DNA of 64,000 nucleotides from the human T2T-CHM13v2.0 reference genome, Homo sapiens. The stretch is from the NCBI RefSeq assembly GCF_009914755.1, contig NC_060933.1; one strand, written 5' to 3'. A program made the translations under genes and the position numbers. The notes below the pieces were generated by a model. It had not been told where the DNA came from and searched no databases. It worked only from the letters and a program-made list of their open reading frames with translations. This document shows, piece by piece, positions 17,505 to 35,411 of the stretch. Position 1 is the first letter of the stretch. Each line of letters opens with the position of its first letter.

Positions 17505-17945
17505 CACTAGAGAGGGCTTTCAAATGTGCAAGTCTCCCTTTGGCCCAGGCACAGCTAATCTGAGCACGTCAATGCCACACATCCTTGCCTTCAAAGAGTA
17601 ATTGGGCCAGGGGTGGGCCCATGACTTAATACCAGCCAGTGAGGTTCATTATGGGGATTTTTGCTGGAACGATTAGAAAGAAAAGAGGTACTATTTTTCC
17701 TGGGTTTGCTAGATGGGGACAGTGAAAGTGTGGTGCCTTCCTTCATACCACTAGAGAAGTCCATCTACCACCAAGGAAAATGAGGCTAATCTCAGGAAAA
17801 GCAGAATCAAAACAAGGAGGATGAGAGCCCCAAAATTATTATTTGGGTAATTGAATTCACTAGTTTAAAGTCCCTGGACTTTTCAGTTACACAAGCCAAT
17901 ATATTACCTTTTGCAATATTCAGTTTAAGTGAGTTCTGACAAATA
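17505..17945 (+). mobile_element. MLT1-type MaLR LTR remnant upstream of GNG10
   Basis: cctggacttttcagttacacaagccaatatattacctttt end motif. Confidence 0.55.
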
Positions 17946-18059
17946 CAATGGTGTACAAGAATAATGACGTATTAATGATACATGGAAAAAAGCAACACAA
18001 AAATTTTAAATATAGTAACGATCCCAGTTTTGTAAAACACTTATTAAAAAATGCAGTAG

Positions 18060-18345
18060 GCCTATAATGCCAGCACTTTGGGAGGCTGAGGTGGGAGGAT
18101 CACCTGAGCCCAGGAGTTCAACACCAGCCTGGCCAACATCGTGAAACCCCGTCTCTACTAAAAATACAAAAATTAGCCGGGCGTGGTGGTGTGTGTCTGT
18201 AGTCCCAGCTACTCAGGAGGCTGAGGCAGGAGGATCACCTGAGCCCACGAGGTGGAGGCTACAAGGAGCTGTGATCACGCCACTGCACTCCACCCCGGGT
18301 GACAGAGCAAGACCCTGTCTCAAAAAAAAAAAAAAAAAAAAAAAA
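18060..18345 (+). mobile_element. Alu, slightly 5'-truncated
   Basis: Alu consensus, A25 tail. Confidence 0.93.
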
Positions 18346-18639
18346 GCAGCAGAATAGAAACAATGATGACAGTTAAATGGTGAGATGAGAGTGAGAAACG
18401 CTGAATTTAATTTTATTCTGTATGTTTCACAAAGATGTCAGGGTCTGGGATTTTATCCAATTTACCATACTCCACCAAATCAACTGGTAGGATCTCCGTG
18501 AAACAGTAACAGGGTCATTTAGAAACCTGTTGCTGCCTCATGAAAATCCTATGAACTCTCCTTGGTTCCCCGGTGATACTGTCTGGCAAGGCCCCTTATC
18601 TCTCCAACTCATGTCACACCTTGGCTCCAGTTCTCATTT

Positions 18640-19700
18640 CTCAGGGGTGCGTGTTTGCTGCCGCCCACTCCATCCTCGCGTCCCACGCCCTCGCGATTCC
18701 TGCTCATCCTAGGGGCGCCAGCTTCGCTGGAGGACGCCGCGCTCTGCGGGTCCCCGCCTCGGTTCCAGGCCCAGCTGCAGGTGCCACCCAGGTTTCAGGC
18801 GCTGAGGAGCGGAGAGCACTGCCAGCTCGCTGGGGTCCCCGCTGTCTCTGGCAAGCGGCTCCGCGCCGGGTGGGCTGGGGCGGCGGGGCGGGCGCAGCTG
18901 CTTCCCCGCCCCGGGGCGGCACCCGCGCTCGGGGCTGGCGGCTCCTCCCCGCCCGGCCGGGCCCAGCAGCCCCTAGGAGCCCAGCGCCGCCGCCATGTCC
19001 TCCGGGGCTAGCGCGAGCGCCCTGCAGCGCTTGGTAGAGCAGCTCAAGTTGGAGGCTGGCGTGGAGAGGATCAAGGTGCGGGCCCCGGGTACCCACGCTC
19101 CGGTCCTTCCGCCCGCGGGGCGTGAGAAGAGGAGGCCGGCGGCCCGGACCGGGCGCCAGCGGGGGACTCGGTGGCGGCGGCGAGGCCTCGGCGGGGCGCG
19201 GGGGCGGTGGGGTCCGCGGTGAGGGAGGGCGCGGGGCAAGCCGGGGGCCCGGGCCTGACGGGAGGAAGCCGCGCCTGGGGGGCCCCGCGGTCGTGGTCGG
19301 TCCCGGTCCCTGGGGGTGCGCCCACTCCAGAAGGCGGCCGTGGTCAGTTCCTCGGAGGGCGCAAGGGATGCCGGCGACGCGCGGGCCGGGAGGGTGGACC
19401 CAGGGCTGGGGAGGCCACCGCAGGGCGGCGAATTGGTGATGGATTGGTAGGATGAGAGCGAGAGGGAGGAGAGCCAGGATGCTCGGGTTTCTGTCGTCGT
19501 GACAGGGTGGACGGCGCTGCCACCCGCCGAGGTAGAGAGGAGGGGGAACAGGTTTGGGGAAATGATGAGTTCGGCTGCGGACCTGGGGACTCCGGGGAGT
19601 CATCCGGGAGGTATTTGTCCTCATGGCCTGAAGCTCAGCGCCCAGGGCTGAAAGAGGTCATTCAAGTGCATTGGGGCGAAAAAGCCTCTTCTATGAAGAG
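18640..19700. promoter_or_regulatory. GNG10: CpG island / GNG10 promoter with multiple GC boxes
   Basis: Very high GC and CpG density; GGGCGG/CCGCCC Sp1-type boxes at about 18878-18920; no TATA box seen; overlaps exon 1. Confidence 0.92.
18995..19075 (+). CDS. GNG10: GNG10 coding exon 1, G protein gamma-10 N-terminal helix
   Basis: Kozak GCCGCCGCCATG; [27 protein letters not shown]; AAG|gtgcgg donor; 81 nt, phase 0. Confidence 0.98.
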
Positions 19701-19753
19701 CAGAGCTCAGAGCCTGGGACCCGGGGACCAGCCACACCGATGGCCGGTGGCCG

Positions 19754-19838
19754 AGAGAAGAGGAAATAAGAGACAGCAAGGTTTCCGAGCAAGGCCTAGA
19801 GAAGAGGAAATAAGAGACAGCAAGGTTTCCGAGCAAGG
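19754..19838 (+). repeat. Perfect 41-bp direct repeat (period 44)
   Basis: agagaagaggaaataagagacagcaaggtttccgagcaagg at 19754 and 19798. Confidence 0.97.
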
Positions 19839-21159
19839 AAGTAGGGATTTCCAAAAACTGGGGGCTCAGTCAACATGTCCAGCGTTTAGTCAGTTGGCTA
19901 AAAGGCGTCTGTTGTAGAGCTGTGTTTAGCTACGAGTGCAGCATTATTTGCAGAAGATCTGTAAGAAGGAACACAACCAGGATAGTCCCTGTGCCTCAGT
20001 TTCTCCTTTGCTGTGTGCCTGGCACTGCTACAGGGAATAGGGTGGTTCTGGAGGGGAAGGTAAACAGCAACTTAACGGATACATAGCATCGCTTCATGTA
20101 CTAAGTGGAGTGAAGATAATAAACAGGGTAAAGGGAGAGAGGGCTGTGGAATGCAGAGGTCTGGTGGCTTATGTGTTAGTAAAAGCAGAATCTGGACTGT
20201 CATAGGGTAGGCAGACGTTTTTTCTTTTTAAAGAAACCTAGTTTTAAAGAGGAAATAACGTGTTTTTTTAACTTAGGAAATGAAAAGCCATGTTTTAGGG
20301 TTGAGAGGAAGTAACAAATTATATTTTTAGGTTCCAGGGAAGAAACAAATGGAAGCCAATTGCTGGTAGAGGAGACAGGGCTACGGGGGGGTGGGGGATT
20401 GGTGGCACAGCTTCTGAGACAGGAAGAAAGAAGGTAAGGGTGTGTGTAAAGATAAGTTTCTAGATATGGGCTAAACTTGTATGGTGACACTTTTCTTTGT
20501 GAAATAGGAGGCCAGGTTTTCTTCTAAGGCAGAGGAAAGGGGACTAAGGGAGTGGCCCCTGAGCAGGCACGCAGATGCGCTGTGACTGAAGACCCAGCTG
20601 CTGTGACAAGGGAGACTGCTGGTCATATTTGTGATTTTTTTTTTTTCCTGCAGCAATCTTTACCATCCTGGAATGTGAGTGCTGAAGGTGAACGGTAGTT
20701 GAAAGAGGAGTAAGTTAGCAGGGGAGGTATGCCAGAAAGGTGGAGGTGGGGCCGGAGGGCAAGGCGTGTGAAGGTCTGGCCAGAAAGAGGCTGAGCCTAG
20801 ATGGATAGAGAAGGAATGCAGCCAGCCTCCTGGTGATAGGTGAGACAGAAGGGGAGGAGGTGATGCCTGGTGATCTCGGTGAGGTCAGAGCAGAATAAAG
20901 GAAGAATAAAGGAGGCAGCACCCTGGATGGGAAGGAGAGATTGTGATCAGAGAGTAGGATACTGGAGTGTAAAATTTCAGAAGTGGAGCAGTTACAGGTG
21001 TTGTAACTGTATCTGTTGGCATTGAGGAGAAGGCTGTTTGAGGGGAAGAAGTCAGGGAACTGAAATGAGGGTTGTTGGAAATTCACAAAGACAATGTGGG
21101 GACATGAGGTAGAAAGGAAAACTGTGAGCCAGTCAGATGCCTGTCTACCCGCCAAGTAG

Positions 21160-21576
<417 letters not shown>

Positions 21577-22667
21577 TAAGCTTATTTACAAATAGGATAA
21601 TAAGCCTATTTAAGAGGTGCGCTCATGGAAGTATGATCTGGGGTACTTGGCAGGGCTTCCCTCAGACAATACCTTAGAGAGTCACAACCATTCCAGGGTC
21701 TGGTCTACCTCACATCCTCATTCATTGTTGGATGTGCTTAGCATAGCCAGAGGTGTCTTCTCTTTGACAGACTTGCTATCTGAAAAATAAACCAGGACAC
21801 CAATTTTCTAGCATATAATAGAGGACATCCCTTCCCAGCTATAGGAATGCTTGGTATCCTTCCAAGAACTCCTCCTTTAGAGGAGCCTCACAGAAGTTGC
21901 TGGGTAAACATGGGCTCAAACCAAGGAAAGTCAGGTAACCTGGGTGGAGGTTATCCCACCACCAATGGCAGGGGACAGCTTGCAAGTATTTGGGCTTATA
22001 GTCTCCCAGCCCACAGCCTCTCTCCCTTGCTAGTGTTAGAGAGATGCTGATCACGTTTACTCTTCTCTTATTTTCTCTGCGTATCCCCTTACCTTAACTT
22101 TTTGACCATGTTCTTGAGCCTAGAGTTCAGTTAGTCTCATTTCTCCAGGAGTCCTGGAGACAGTGTCCTTCCACCTACCATGTGTGGAGTTTACCTGCCA
22201 CCCCAATGCAAAGATAGTAAGCCTGAGCATAATTGATTCTCGATTTCTTTTGAATTAATAACTGGTATATATAACCATTAATTCCAATTATAATTCACAT
22301 GAAAATGTCAGAGCTTCTATTGAGAGCAAAAGCAAACTTTAGCATTAGCCTGGTAATATTATATTATGGTTTTATATTCATATAATATGGAGTAAACTGT
22401 CATTACATTAATGCAACCAAAATTCCTGGAGCTGTCCAGAAACTTGGTAGCAATTGTAACATAAACAGTTAATTTTCCAGTTATTTGGAGGCTTGGAAAA
22501 TTAACACAAACTAGTAGTAATACCTGAACAGCAATTGGAACCATTTTTGTACAATATGGGTGAATTGTATTCAAAATGCCTTTTAATGCAAAAAAAAAAA
22601 GTACAATGAGGAAAACCTCCAAGTAGAAATATGCATCAAATGGAAGATAAGAAAAGGGATAATGATA

Positions 22668-23488
<821 letters not shown>

Positions 23489-24174
23489 AATGTATTGCTA
23501 TATGTTAGCGCTATTCTAATAGCTTTATATGTGTGAACTCACTTAATTGTTACAGCAACCCAGAGAGGTGAGTTACTATTTCTAATTATTTCTCAGATGA
23601 GGAAGCAGCTACTGAGACGTTGAGTAACTTGCCCAAGGTTATATAGGTAGTGGCAGAGCTGAATTTGAGTCCACGCAGTCTGGTTCCAGAGGCTATACTC
23701 CCAAATAATAAGCTATACCGCCTCAAAAGCAAGGCGGAAGAACTTTATCACTTGTTTGGAGCAGACTGAATAAGGCTTCAGACTTGTAAACATTAAGACA
23801 ATTTGCTCATTTGGCAAACTTGGATATATTGATGCATGTTTTATATAAGTAAAAATTTGTAAAGGGAATGCTAGAATGAGCTATTTCTTTACCCGTTCAG
23901 TCTCAAAACTAGATTTCTAAATGGATCAAAGATACAGCTTTTTCTTGTCTTCGTTGAATAAGCAACTAAACCAAAAAATATCTAAATTGACGTTCATGGA
24001 AATTGTAACCTTTTCTCTTTGTAGTTCAAGTATTAGAACTTTCAGCAGAAAGAGACTTTTGGAGGTCACAAAAAGTTGATATTTACCAAGTTGGATGATC
24101 GTTTTCAGAATATCCTTGACTGCCGGGTGGCTTGGCTGTGAGCAGGGTGCCATGTTGCTGTCCCTTTGTTTCAG

Positions 24175-24300
24175 GTCTCTCAGGCAGCTGCAGAGCTTCA
24201 ACAGTACTGTATGCAGAATGCCTGCAAGGATGCCCTGCTGGTGGGTGTTCCAGCTGGAAGTAACCCCTTCCGGGAGCCTAGATCCTGTGCTTTACTCTGA
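24175..24300 (+). CDS. GNG10: GNG10 coding exon 2 (exon continues 6 nt into the UTR, to 24306)
   Basis: tttgtttcag|GTCTCT...; [41 protein letters not shown]; Ggamma DxL...NPF motif and CaaX (CALL); donor CTC|gtgagt. Confidence 0.98.
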   Translation, partial: VSQAAAELQQYCMQNACKDALLVGVPAGSNPFREPRSCALL

Positions 24301-24532
24301 AGACTCGTGAGTAATGATACACCATGATGTCTTGGGCCCATAGCATTATCACAGGGCTTCCCAAAGGACTTGAGCAACTGAGTTTTGAATGTCTCCTATT
24401 CTTGGGGAAATTAAAACAAGAGCCAGCAAAATGCACAACTTTCCCTGAAGTGTGATTCTAGTGTATATTTACCTTGCCTGTAGAATACATCTAATCAGGA
24501 CAGTCTGAAGTCTCTCTGGCACTAAGTCATGA

Positions 24533-24888
<356 letters not shown>

Positions 24889-25142
24889 CAGTAATTTCTT
24901 GACCTTAAGCCCACCCTCTCTGTCCTTATAGCATCCAAGGGTTGGGATTTGCTACTTAGTGCTATCAACTGACTTGCTACTCTTGGGAATAAGGACTCCC
25001 CAGAGTGGGAGATGTGTGCCTACCACCCGCTGTGATTTCTTTCCCAATGGTTTTCAGAATATATCTCTGTTTTAATGGAGGAAGAAATATAGCTATTGGG
25101 AAAAAGTGTGAGTGGGGTTAAAAGAGCTTTAAAAATTGATAA

Positions 25143-25514
<372 letters not shown>

Positions 25515-25743
25515 CACAATGTTTTTTTAAGAGGACAAGGGCATGAATTATTAGAGTCTTTTGGGACCAACATATTTCAAATGATGTGTTCTAAGGGGTG
25601 TTTATACAGTGAGTAATTATCTTAGGTCCTTCTTCACAAGTAGCAAAAGGAAATTGTTCACATTTAAAAGAAGGAAGCAATCTATCAAATCTTATTGTAC
25701 TTTTTAATGGAAAATGTTCATATTTATGGTGTTAAGATAATAG

Positions 25744-26517
<774 letters not shown>

Positions 26518-26628
26518 TCACCTGTTGCTTTCTATTTCGTGAATACTAAAGTACCCTATTAAATGATGACTAGTTAATTTTATAAAGAAATCTTACTAAA
26601 GTGAAAACCAAACAAACTCTTTTTCCAG

Positions 26629-27591
26629 TAGGAGAGAAGTTTGCTGAGGAATGCCTTCAAGCACAAAGTGATGAATGACTGCCTTCAAGTCTCAAGAAAA
26701 CACTTTTCCCTAACTTTTAGAGATATTTCAGCCCTTTCCTGTGGCCTGGTCCTATAGCCAAAATCACAGATATTCATGAGTTTCTACTTGAGTGAGAAAA
26801 CTGGGTGAAGGAATAGAATTTTAAATAGTAATAACTGCTTGTTTTTTTTGTGCAAGTACTTTTATACATAAGATAAACAAAAACCTTACCACCAAACATA
26901 CCAAAATGCACCTCTTTCATAAGTGAGTTACTAAGATTTCTATACCTGGAATATCATGTATGTTTCATTTACTGGATGTTTACATTTTAGGAAGGAAAAT
27001 AGTTTTGTTTATTTAAACAACTGAATACTTATAAACTGTTGTTCCTGGAAGTTATTTATTCCATAAAAAATTTGTTCTTTTGTCATGAATTTATAATTCC
27101 TAAATGAAGACCAGAAAGTACAAATTGCTGGGAGGAAGAATAGGCTTTATTAATCAACTGATGTCTTGATTTTTCTAAATGGGAAGATTGCTTTATTTTT
27201 AACACTAATTATGGGAGCAGATTCTTAGCAAACTTCTTTGGAAAAGTTAATGTTATGATGTGCATTAGGCTGCCCCATCGTGTATATAAATGAAGCAGAT
27301 TTGATTTTTGTATTCTTACGTTTCTCTGCTTTGTAGTTGTGGCTGTACTTAAAGAAATACAGAATTTCATATATTTAAAAATGTTTAAAATGTGACCCAC
27401 AGAACATTGTAAATGATTAAAAACTAACATGAAAATATTACAACCTAAAAGAATTCTTAACTTCACAAGTGTTTTACTTCGACGATGTGCCTTTGATTTA
27501 ATTTGGGACACTTTTTTAGAAGGATACATTATTCGTGTTTGCAACGGTCTTTGAAGAGCTTGGAAATAAAATTTCTGCTTAATTAATCATT
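26629..27591 (+). other. GNG10: GNG10 non-coding exon 3 (3'UTR)
   Basis: Acceptor ctctttttccag|TAGGAGAG; AU-rich tract without recognisable interspersed repeat, ending after AATAAA 27565-27570. Confidence 0.85.
27565..27570 (+). terminator. GNG10 polyadenylation signal AATAAA
   Basis: AATAAA, candidate CA cleavage site about 18 nt downstream, then T/GT-rich elements (ttttgtgtct). Confidence 0.8.
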
Positions 27592-28022
27592 TTTCTATGA
27601 CAGCAATATTTTGTGTCTGATTTTGTATTAAGGACTCAAGGATTTCTGTTTGCCTGTGAGATTGAGTGCTGGAATGAGAGAGTGAAATTGTTGTTTTTAA
27701 GTCTTTGTAGAATTTTGCAAATGTCCTGAAAAATAGATAACTGTATAACATGAAGAAAATATCTCTATTAATGGCAACATTTGTTCTCTGAAATAGCTAT
27801 ATATAAACTCATAAATAAACAAAAATATCTGTGAGTGTAAGTAGTGTTACAATAGAGAAAATAGAAGTTATTAGATGGGAACTCCCTTAACTTTTAGCTA
27901 CTAAACTTCTAGATCTAGTGATTGGAATCCCTTCCATTCAGTCATAATTCAGGCATCCCTTTTATAACCTATTTGTTCTCTGGATCTGTTTCACCTTCTC
28001 TGAAATTGCACACTACCAGTGA

Positions 28023-28377
<355 letters not shown>

Positions 28378-28725
28378 TCCAGTGGACCCTTTCTATCACA
28401 ATTTAGCATGTTCCATTCTGTCTTAACAACAACAGCATTTTTTAAAATCCTCATTGAAAAACAAAATTCTTTTTTGATTCCACTTTCCCCTTTCAGCAAA
28501 CATTTGGTAAGATAGCACAATGAAACTATAAGCATCTCACTTATAGATGAATATAGATGCAAATGTCCTAGATATAAACAGATAAAATTCAGTAGTTAGA
28601 GAAAGTACAGCCGGATAAAACTACTTTAACATAACTAAATCTATCAATGTAATTCATTACTTGAATCACTTAAAGAAGGGAACCTATGCCAAAAAGTCAT
28701 CTGATAAAATTCAATAGCTGTTCTG

Positions 28726-29021
<296 letters not shown>

Positions 29022-29590
29022 GCTGTTCTGAATAAAAACTAAGTGGATTAGTGAAATGAGAGTAGAAAGAAATTACTATGATGATAAAGACAATTTTTCA
29101 AAGCCAACAGCCAATATCATACTACATGGTGAAAGGCTGACACATTCAGATTATCAGGAACAACACAAGAATACCTTTTATCACCACTATTATTCAGCAT
29201 TGCTTTGGAAGTCTTAGCTAATGCAGTAAGCTGAAAAAATGAAATGATGTAAACATTTTAGAAGAATTATCTGTATTTATGGGTTATATAATTGTACACC
29301 TTGAAAACTCGTGAGATTCTCGTACAAGAAATACTTGAATTTATAATAGAATTTGGGAAGCTAGCTGGATAAAAAAGACAGAAAAATAACATTTTCTATA
29401 CTGACAATAGCTAGTTTAAAATGGAAATGGAAGTTATATTCCCTTTCTACTTTAATGATACAACTATAAAAATACTTGGGAATAAACTTAACAAAAGTGC
29501 AAGGTCCCTAAAAAAGATTTTATTGATGTTATAAAACGGAGTGTAAATAAATGGAGGGACATGGCAATTCTAGGATATTAAGACAATTTT

Positions 29591-29916
<326 letters not shown>

Positions 29917-29951
29917 TTACTAAATAAAATTTCTGCTTAATTAATCATTAA

Positions 29952-29953
<2 letters not shown>

Positions 29954-29995
<42 letters not shown>
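29954..29995 (+). repeat. (GT)21 microsatellite
   Basis: Direct reading. Confidence 0.98.
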
Positions 29996-29999
<4 letters not shown>

Positions 30000-30008
30000 C
30001 ATGAGGAG

Positions 30009-30265
<257 letters not shown>

Positions 30266-31719
30266 GAGAAAACACCTGCCATGTATAGGAGAGATAATGG
30301 GCTAATATCCCTAATATACAGAATATTCTGATTGCATGATGAGAAAAAAATGAGTAAACGGTGTGAAGAAGCAATTCACAGAGGAGAAAATCCAAACAAA
30401 AGAGCACATAACTCCACTAGTAAGCAAGGGAAATGTAAAGACGGTGATAATGAGGTATCATTTTTCAATCCCTCAAATTAGAAAACAAAAAATAAAAGTG
30501 CATATTCATTAAGAACTTACATGCCATGTTCTGAGTATTTATGTGTATTAGGTCATTTACTCCTTATTGGTGTGACCTTGAACAAATCAAATTCTCTGGG
30601 TCTCAGTTTCATCACCCATAATTATTTTTTAAATTTGGATAAGAATATCTGCTTTATCTCCTTTGCACAAATGTGGAAAGTGAGGCGCAGGTGAGTTGAA
30701 CATCGTCCGTAAGCCAACAGTTAATAGATGATAGAACTAGTATCCAATGTCGAGCAGTCTAGCTCTAGAGCCCACACCCTAAACCACTGTGCTGTGTACC
30801 ATTGCTGGTAAGGATAAAGGAGACTGGGCAGTTTTATACCTTATTAGGGTGTAATGTGCTACAACCCTTTGGGAGAGGAATTTGGCAAAATCTCTTTAAA
30901 TCCCAATCAGAAAGAAATAAGATTTGAGGAGTCTGAGATCAGATTAACCCTCATGGCTTCAACTTAACTGTCATTCAGGTTTGGAGAAGCATGGTACAAG
31001 GAAGCAAAAATAAATAAATACAGAAATTAAGGATGAGGATTATGTCTATACAAGAACATTGGATGTAGTTACTGGTACATGAAACTCACTGGAAACAAAT
31101 AGATCAGAACCCATCAAATTTTTGAGGGGATTTGAGAAAATGGCCCTAAAACTGTTGAAGTCGAGTAAACTTAACTTGAGGCCCTTAAACTTACATTTCA
31201 GAAAGTAAGAGGAGAAAGCTTTGTAGTCCCTAAGGAAGACACTCTCTTAAGGGGTCCAAGGAGAATAATGGATAAGGGAGGACTTCCAGAGGGAGGAGCT
31301 GAGGATGGGGTGAGGATGGAAAACCATGGATAAGGGTTTCTTCCAGAGAGTAAAATGACGACCTACCAGAGGAGGGCCTTCACATCTGCACGGCTGGATT
31401 TCAGAATGCTGACCGCTGACTTCTATGTGTCTCTCATTCTTTCCCCTTCTACAGCGAAGTTCATTGAGTCTCTGCTCCGCTATTGTGTTTTTAATATTGG
31501 TATGTGAGAGTGGGGGAAATGACAATAGACAACCAAAAAGTTCCTAGGTCACTAGACTTTGAGGAGCTATATCTAGCCCCGATGGGGAAAAATGAGCATT
31601 ACCTCATAATCCTGGTCTTTGAGCTGCCTGCAGTGACTAGCTTTGGTTTTCCTCTTTTGAGGTGGGACTCACTGTGTTCTGCGTGTGAGAGGATGAATGA
31701 AATGGCTATTTGGGGACCA

Positions 31720-32091
31720 GAATGGTAGAGTGCGGTAGAGAAGAGACTTTCTAGCTCTTCACCAAATCCCATTTGTTTTTCTTTCTGGGCACCCTGCTAG
31801 ATAGATTACAATTTGCAGCCTCTTTTCTAGTTAGATGTGGCCATGTGCCTCTGGCCAGTGGAATGTTTTTGCTCTTCCCTTGTTTGCTGTCTGTTTGGAA
31901 GTAAATACCCTGGGTGGGCTGGCAACCATATGTTGAAGATGACAGGCTCTCTCTGTGACTCTGTGGAGTGGAGTACTCTCCTTGCCCTAAGCAAGTGATC
32001 TCAGATGATCAAGAAATAAATTTCTCAATGTTAAGCCACTGAGGTTTCAGGGCTTTTCTGTTACAGCACCTAGTATTACTGTAACAAATAC
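31720..32091 (+). mobile_element. MLT1-type MaLR LTR remnant
   Basis: agaaataaatttc...ttaagccactgagg...gttacagcacctag end motif. Confidence 0.6.
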
Positions 32092-32123
32092 AACCTAGAA
32101 AGATATCTATGATATAGTAAGTA

Positions 32124-32726
<603 letters not shown>

Positions 32727-33203
32727 ATAACATTAAAGAAGTGGTAGCTTCAGCTTAGCTGAGTTGACATCGTAGCCATATACCATGTCTCATATCCCCA
32801 TATTCCCCATGTTCAACATAGTTGATATTTACAGCTTCACAGATGATAGTCAGCTGTCATCTAAATCAAATGGCTTAGTTTTTAATTTCCTACTCCTTCA
32901 TATTAAATTCATTTTTCTTCATAGTTATGCTAAAACTAAATAGGCTCAAGTCATCACACCAGAATCCCTTATCTAGCTTTTTGATTACTAAGTTAAGGTG
33001 CTTCTATTTAGTTGCAGGGGCAGACAAGAATGGTGGATTGGTTATGTTGACACTTTGGGTGTAGGTAGATGGTGGTCAGTTTAAGAGGTTCTGAGAAATT
33101 ATGGCAAAAATCTTCACATGGGAGCTGAGATGTGCAGAAACTGCCATAGAGATGGTTTTTCTCTTTGATGAGAAGCAAGTGGGACTGATAATGACTACCA
33201 TTA

Positions 33204-33496
<293 letters not shown>

Positions 33497-34539
33497 TGAC
33501 TACTATTCTTCAGTAAGGTATACTGCGTTCTTTCTGCCCCTTCCAAAAATTGCAGTCTAAAGCCTTTTGTTCGAAATTTGTTTGGATTATTGTCCTGTAT
33601 CAAACAGATATTTATTAAAAGTTCCTTTAATTTTTATTTATCTAGTTATTTACCTAGAAAAAGCTTGTCTCAGCATTTCTAAATAAGATTTTTAAAAAAA
33701 GATTGTGACTGGAATATCACCATAAATCGTCTGTGGAAACAAAACAATTCCATATATCATGTTAAGTTTACCCTAACTGATTGAGGGATGGTATTTGCCT
33801 ATAAAATCAAACAGTTCCAAAATACTTTCTATCAACAGGATGGTTTGGAATCCCATAACAGTGGGATTCCATCCTATAGAAGTAGCATAAGCTTCCCCTC
33901 ACAGCTCCTTTAATTCTAGATTGTTACAGGATGTAATGCACATTTTTTTTTAACCTTCTCATTTTGCAGGCCCCTTAGTATTACCAGATAATTCTGCAAA
34001 TACACTTTCTCCTTTTTTGCCACTTAATATAGATCATGGATCCAAAATGGACCCCCACATTGATCCTTTTCTTTATGGGTATTATGTTTGAATTAGGAAT
34101 AAGTCCAATAATTGCCTCAATACATGCCATTTTTTTCTCAGCTCTCATTTTGGATTACTATAGTTTGCACTCTTCATCCCCCTCAACCCAGGCTACTCTA
34201 CTTATTAAAATTGTTGGATCCCTTGTTTTAGGGCAGGCCTAATTATTGGGTGTAGTTAAGGAGTCTTCTATTGTGAGAGGCAAGGAAATGGGACATCCTG
34301 GTATTTTTCCCCAGTTATCTTCTGAGTCTCAGTGGCAAGGGAAGGAATATCTTATGCCCATCCATAATTGGAAGAGACAGCTGATGTTTGGTGAGGCCTG
34401 CAGACTTGGGCTGGGCTTAGGGACTTGGAGTAAAGCCCCTCAAAAGACCTCAGAGGTGAGCATCACTATCACCAGCAATGAATTGAAGGGCCAGCAATTC
34501 CCATTAGAACCCTATGCGGATGTTATATTTTGTGCTGTA

Positions 34540-34824
34540 TTCTTACACTGTATGCAGTATTTTATACTGTATTTTTACTGTATCCTTCTATGTTTAGACA
34601 CACAAATACCTACCATTGTGTTTCAATTGCCTACAATATTCAGTACAGTAATGTACTGTACAGGTTTGTAGCCTACAAGCAATAAGTTACACCATACAGC
34701 TTAGGTGTGTAGTGGGCTACCCAACCTAGGTTTGTGAATTACGCTCTATCATGTCCACAGAATGATGAAATCGCCTAATGATGCATTTCTGAGAATGTAT
34801 TCCTGTAGCAAGCATGCATGACGG
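34540..34824 (+). mobile_element. Tigger3 (Golem) 3' fragment
   Basis: ...gaaatcgcctaatgatgcatttctgagaatgtatt... matches recalled Tigger3 end. Confidence 0.7.
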
Positions 34825-35411
34825 TGAAAGTGTAGTAGAAAGAGGAAAGTAGGATAGGCGGTGTTAAGTCAAGTTAAGCTTGTTTAAAAAAGGAAGAAGT
34901 ATCAAATGCTGAAGAGAGGTCAATTAAGGTGATGTCTGAATGTCCTTTGGATCTAAGAAGGTAGAGGTTAATTATGGTAGTGATAGGGTGATAATTTCAG
35001 AAGTCAGGAAATAAAGGTGGATTATACTTGTGGTCTTCAAACATTTTTGCTTATATGCAACCTAAATGAAATAATGTCAACCCTGTGTACCTCCATTTTA
35101 CAGTCGGCATCTAAATGTTTATCATAAGTTTAAATATATATAATATATATCATAAGTTTATATATATCATCGTAAGTTTAAGTATATATTTTAATATATA
35201 ATTTTATTAAAAGTCTAGCATTTTAACATGAAATTATTTCATTCTTCTTTTAAATATATTCAATGGAATACAAATACCATCATCATTTGAAACCTACCAT
35301 CATCCATTTAAAAATATACAAACCGTACTCTCCTTTAGTCAGAAATTTTACATGATTCTTTTTTTTCTCTAAAATCATACTTCCAATTTAATTTCCCCAC
35401 AAAATTTAATC

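Noticed and set aside
18530-19917. Many long overlapping ORFs (up to 306 aa, both strands) around GNG10 exon 1
   Set aside because: Pro/Gly/Arg/Ala-rich frames expected from stop-codon scarcity in a CpG island; no recognisable domains
34036-34242. ORF containing GIMFELGISPIIAS, reminiscent of Sec61alpha GTLMELGISPIVTS
   Set aside because: Similarity is confined to about 10 residues, flanks do not match, and there is no pseudogene hallmark; treated as chance unless a tBLASTn/HMM search extends it
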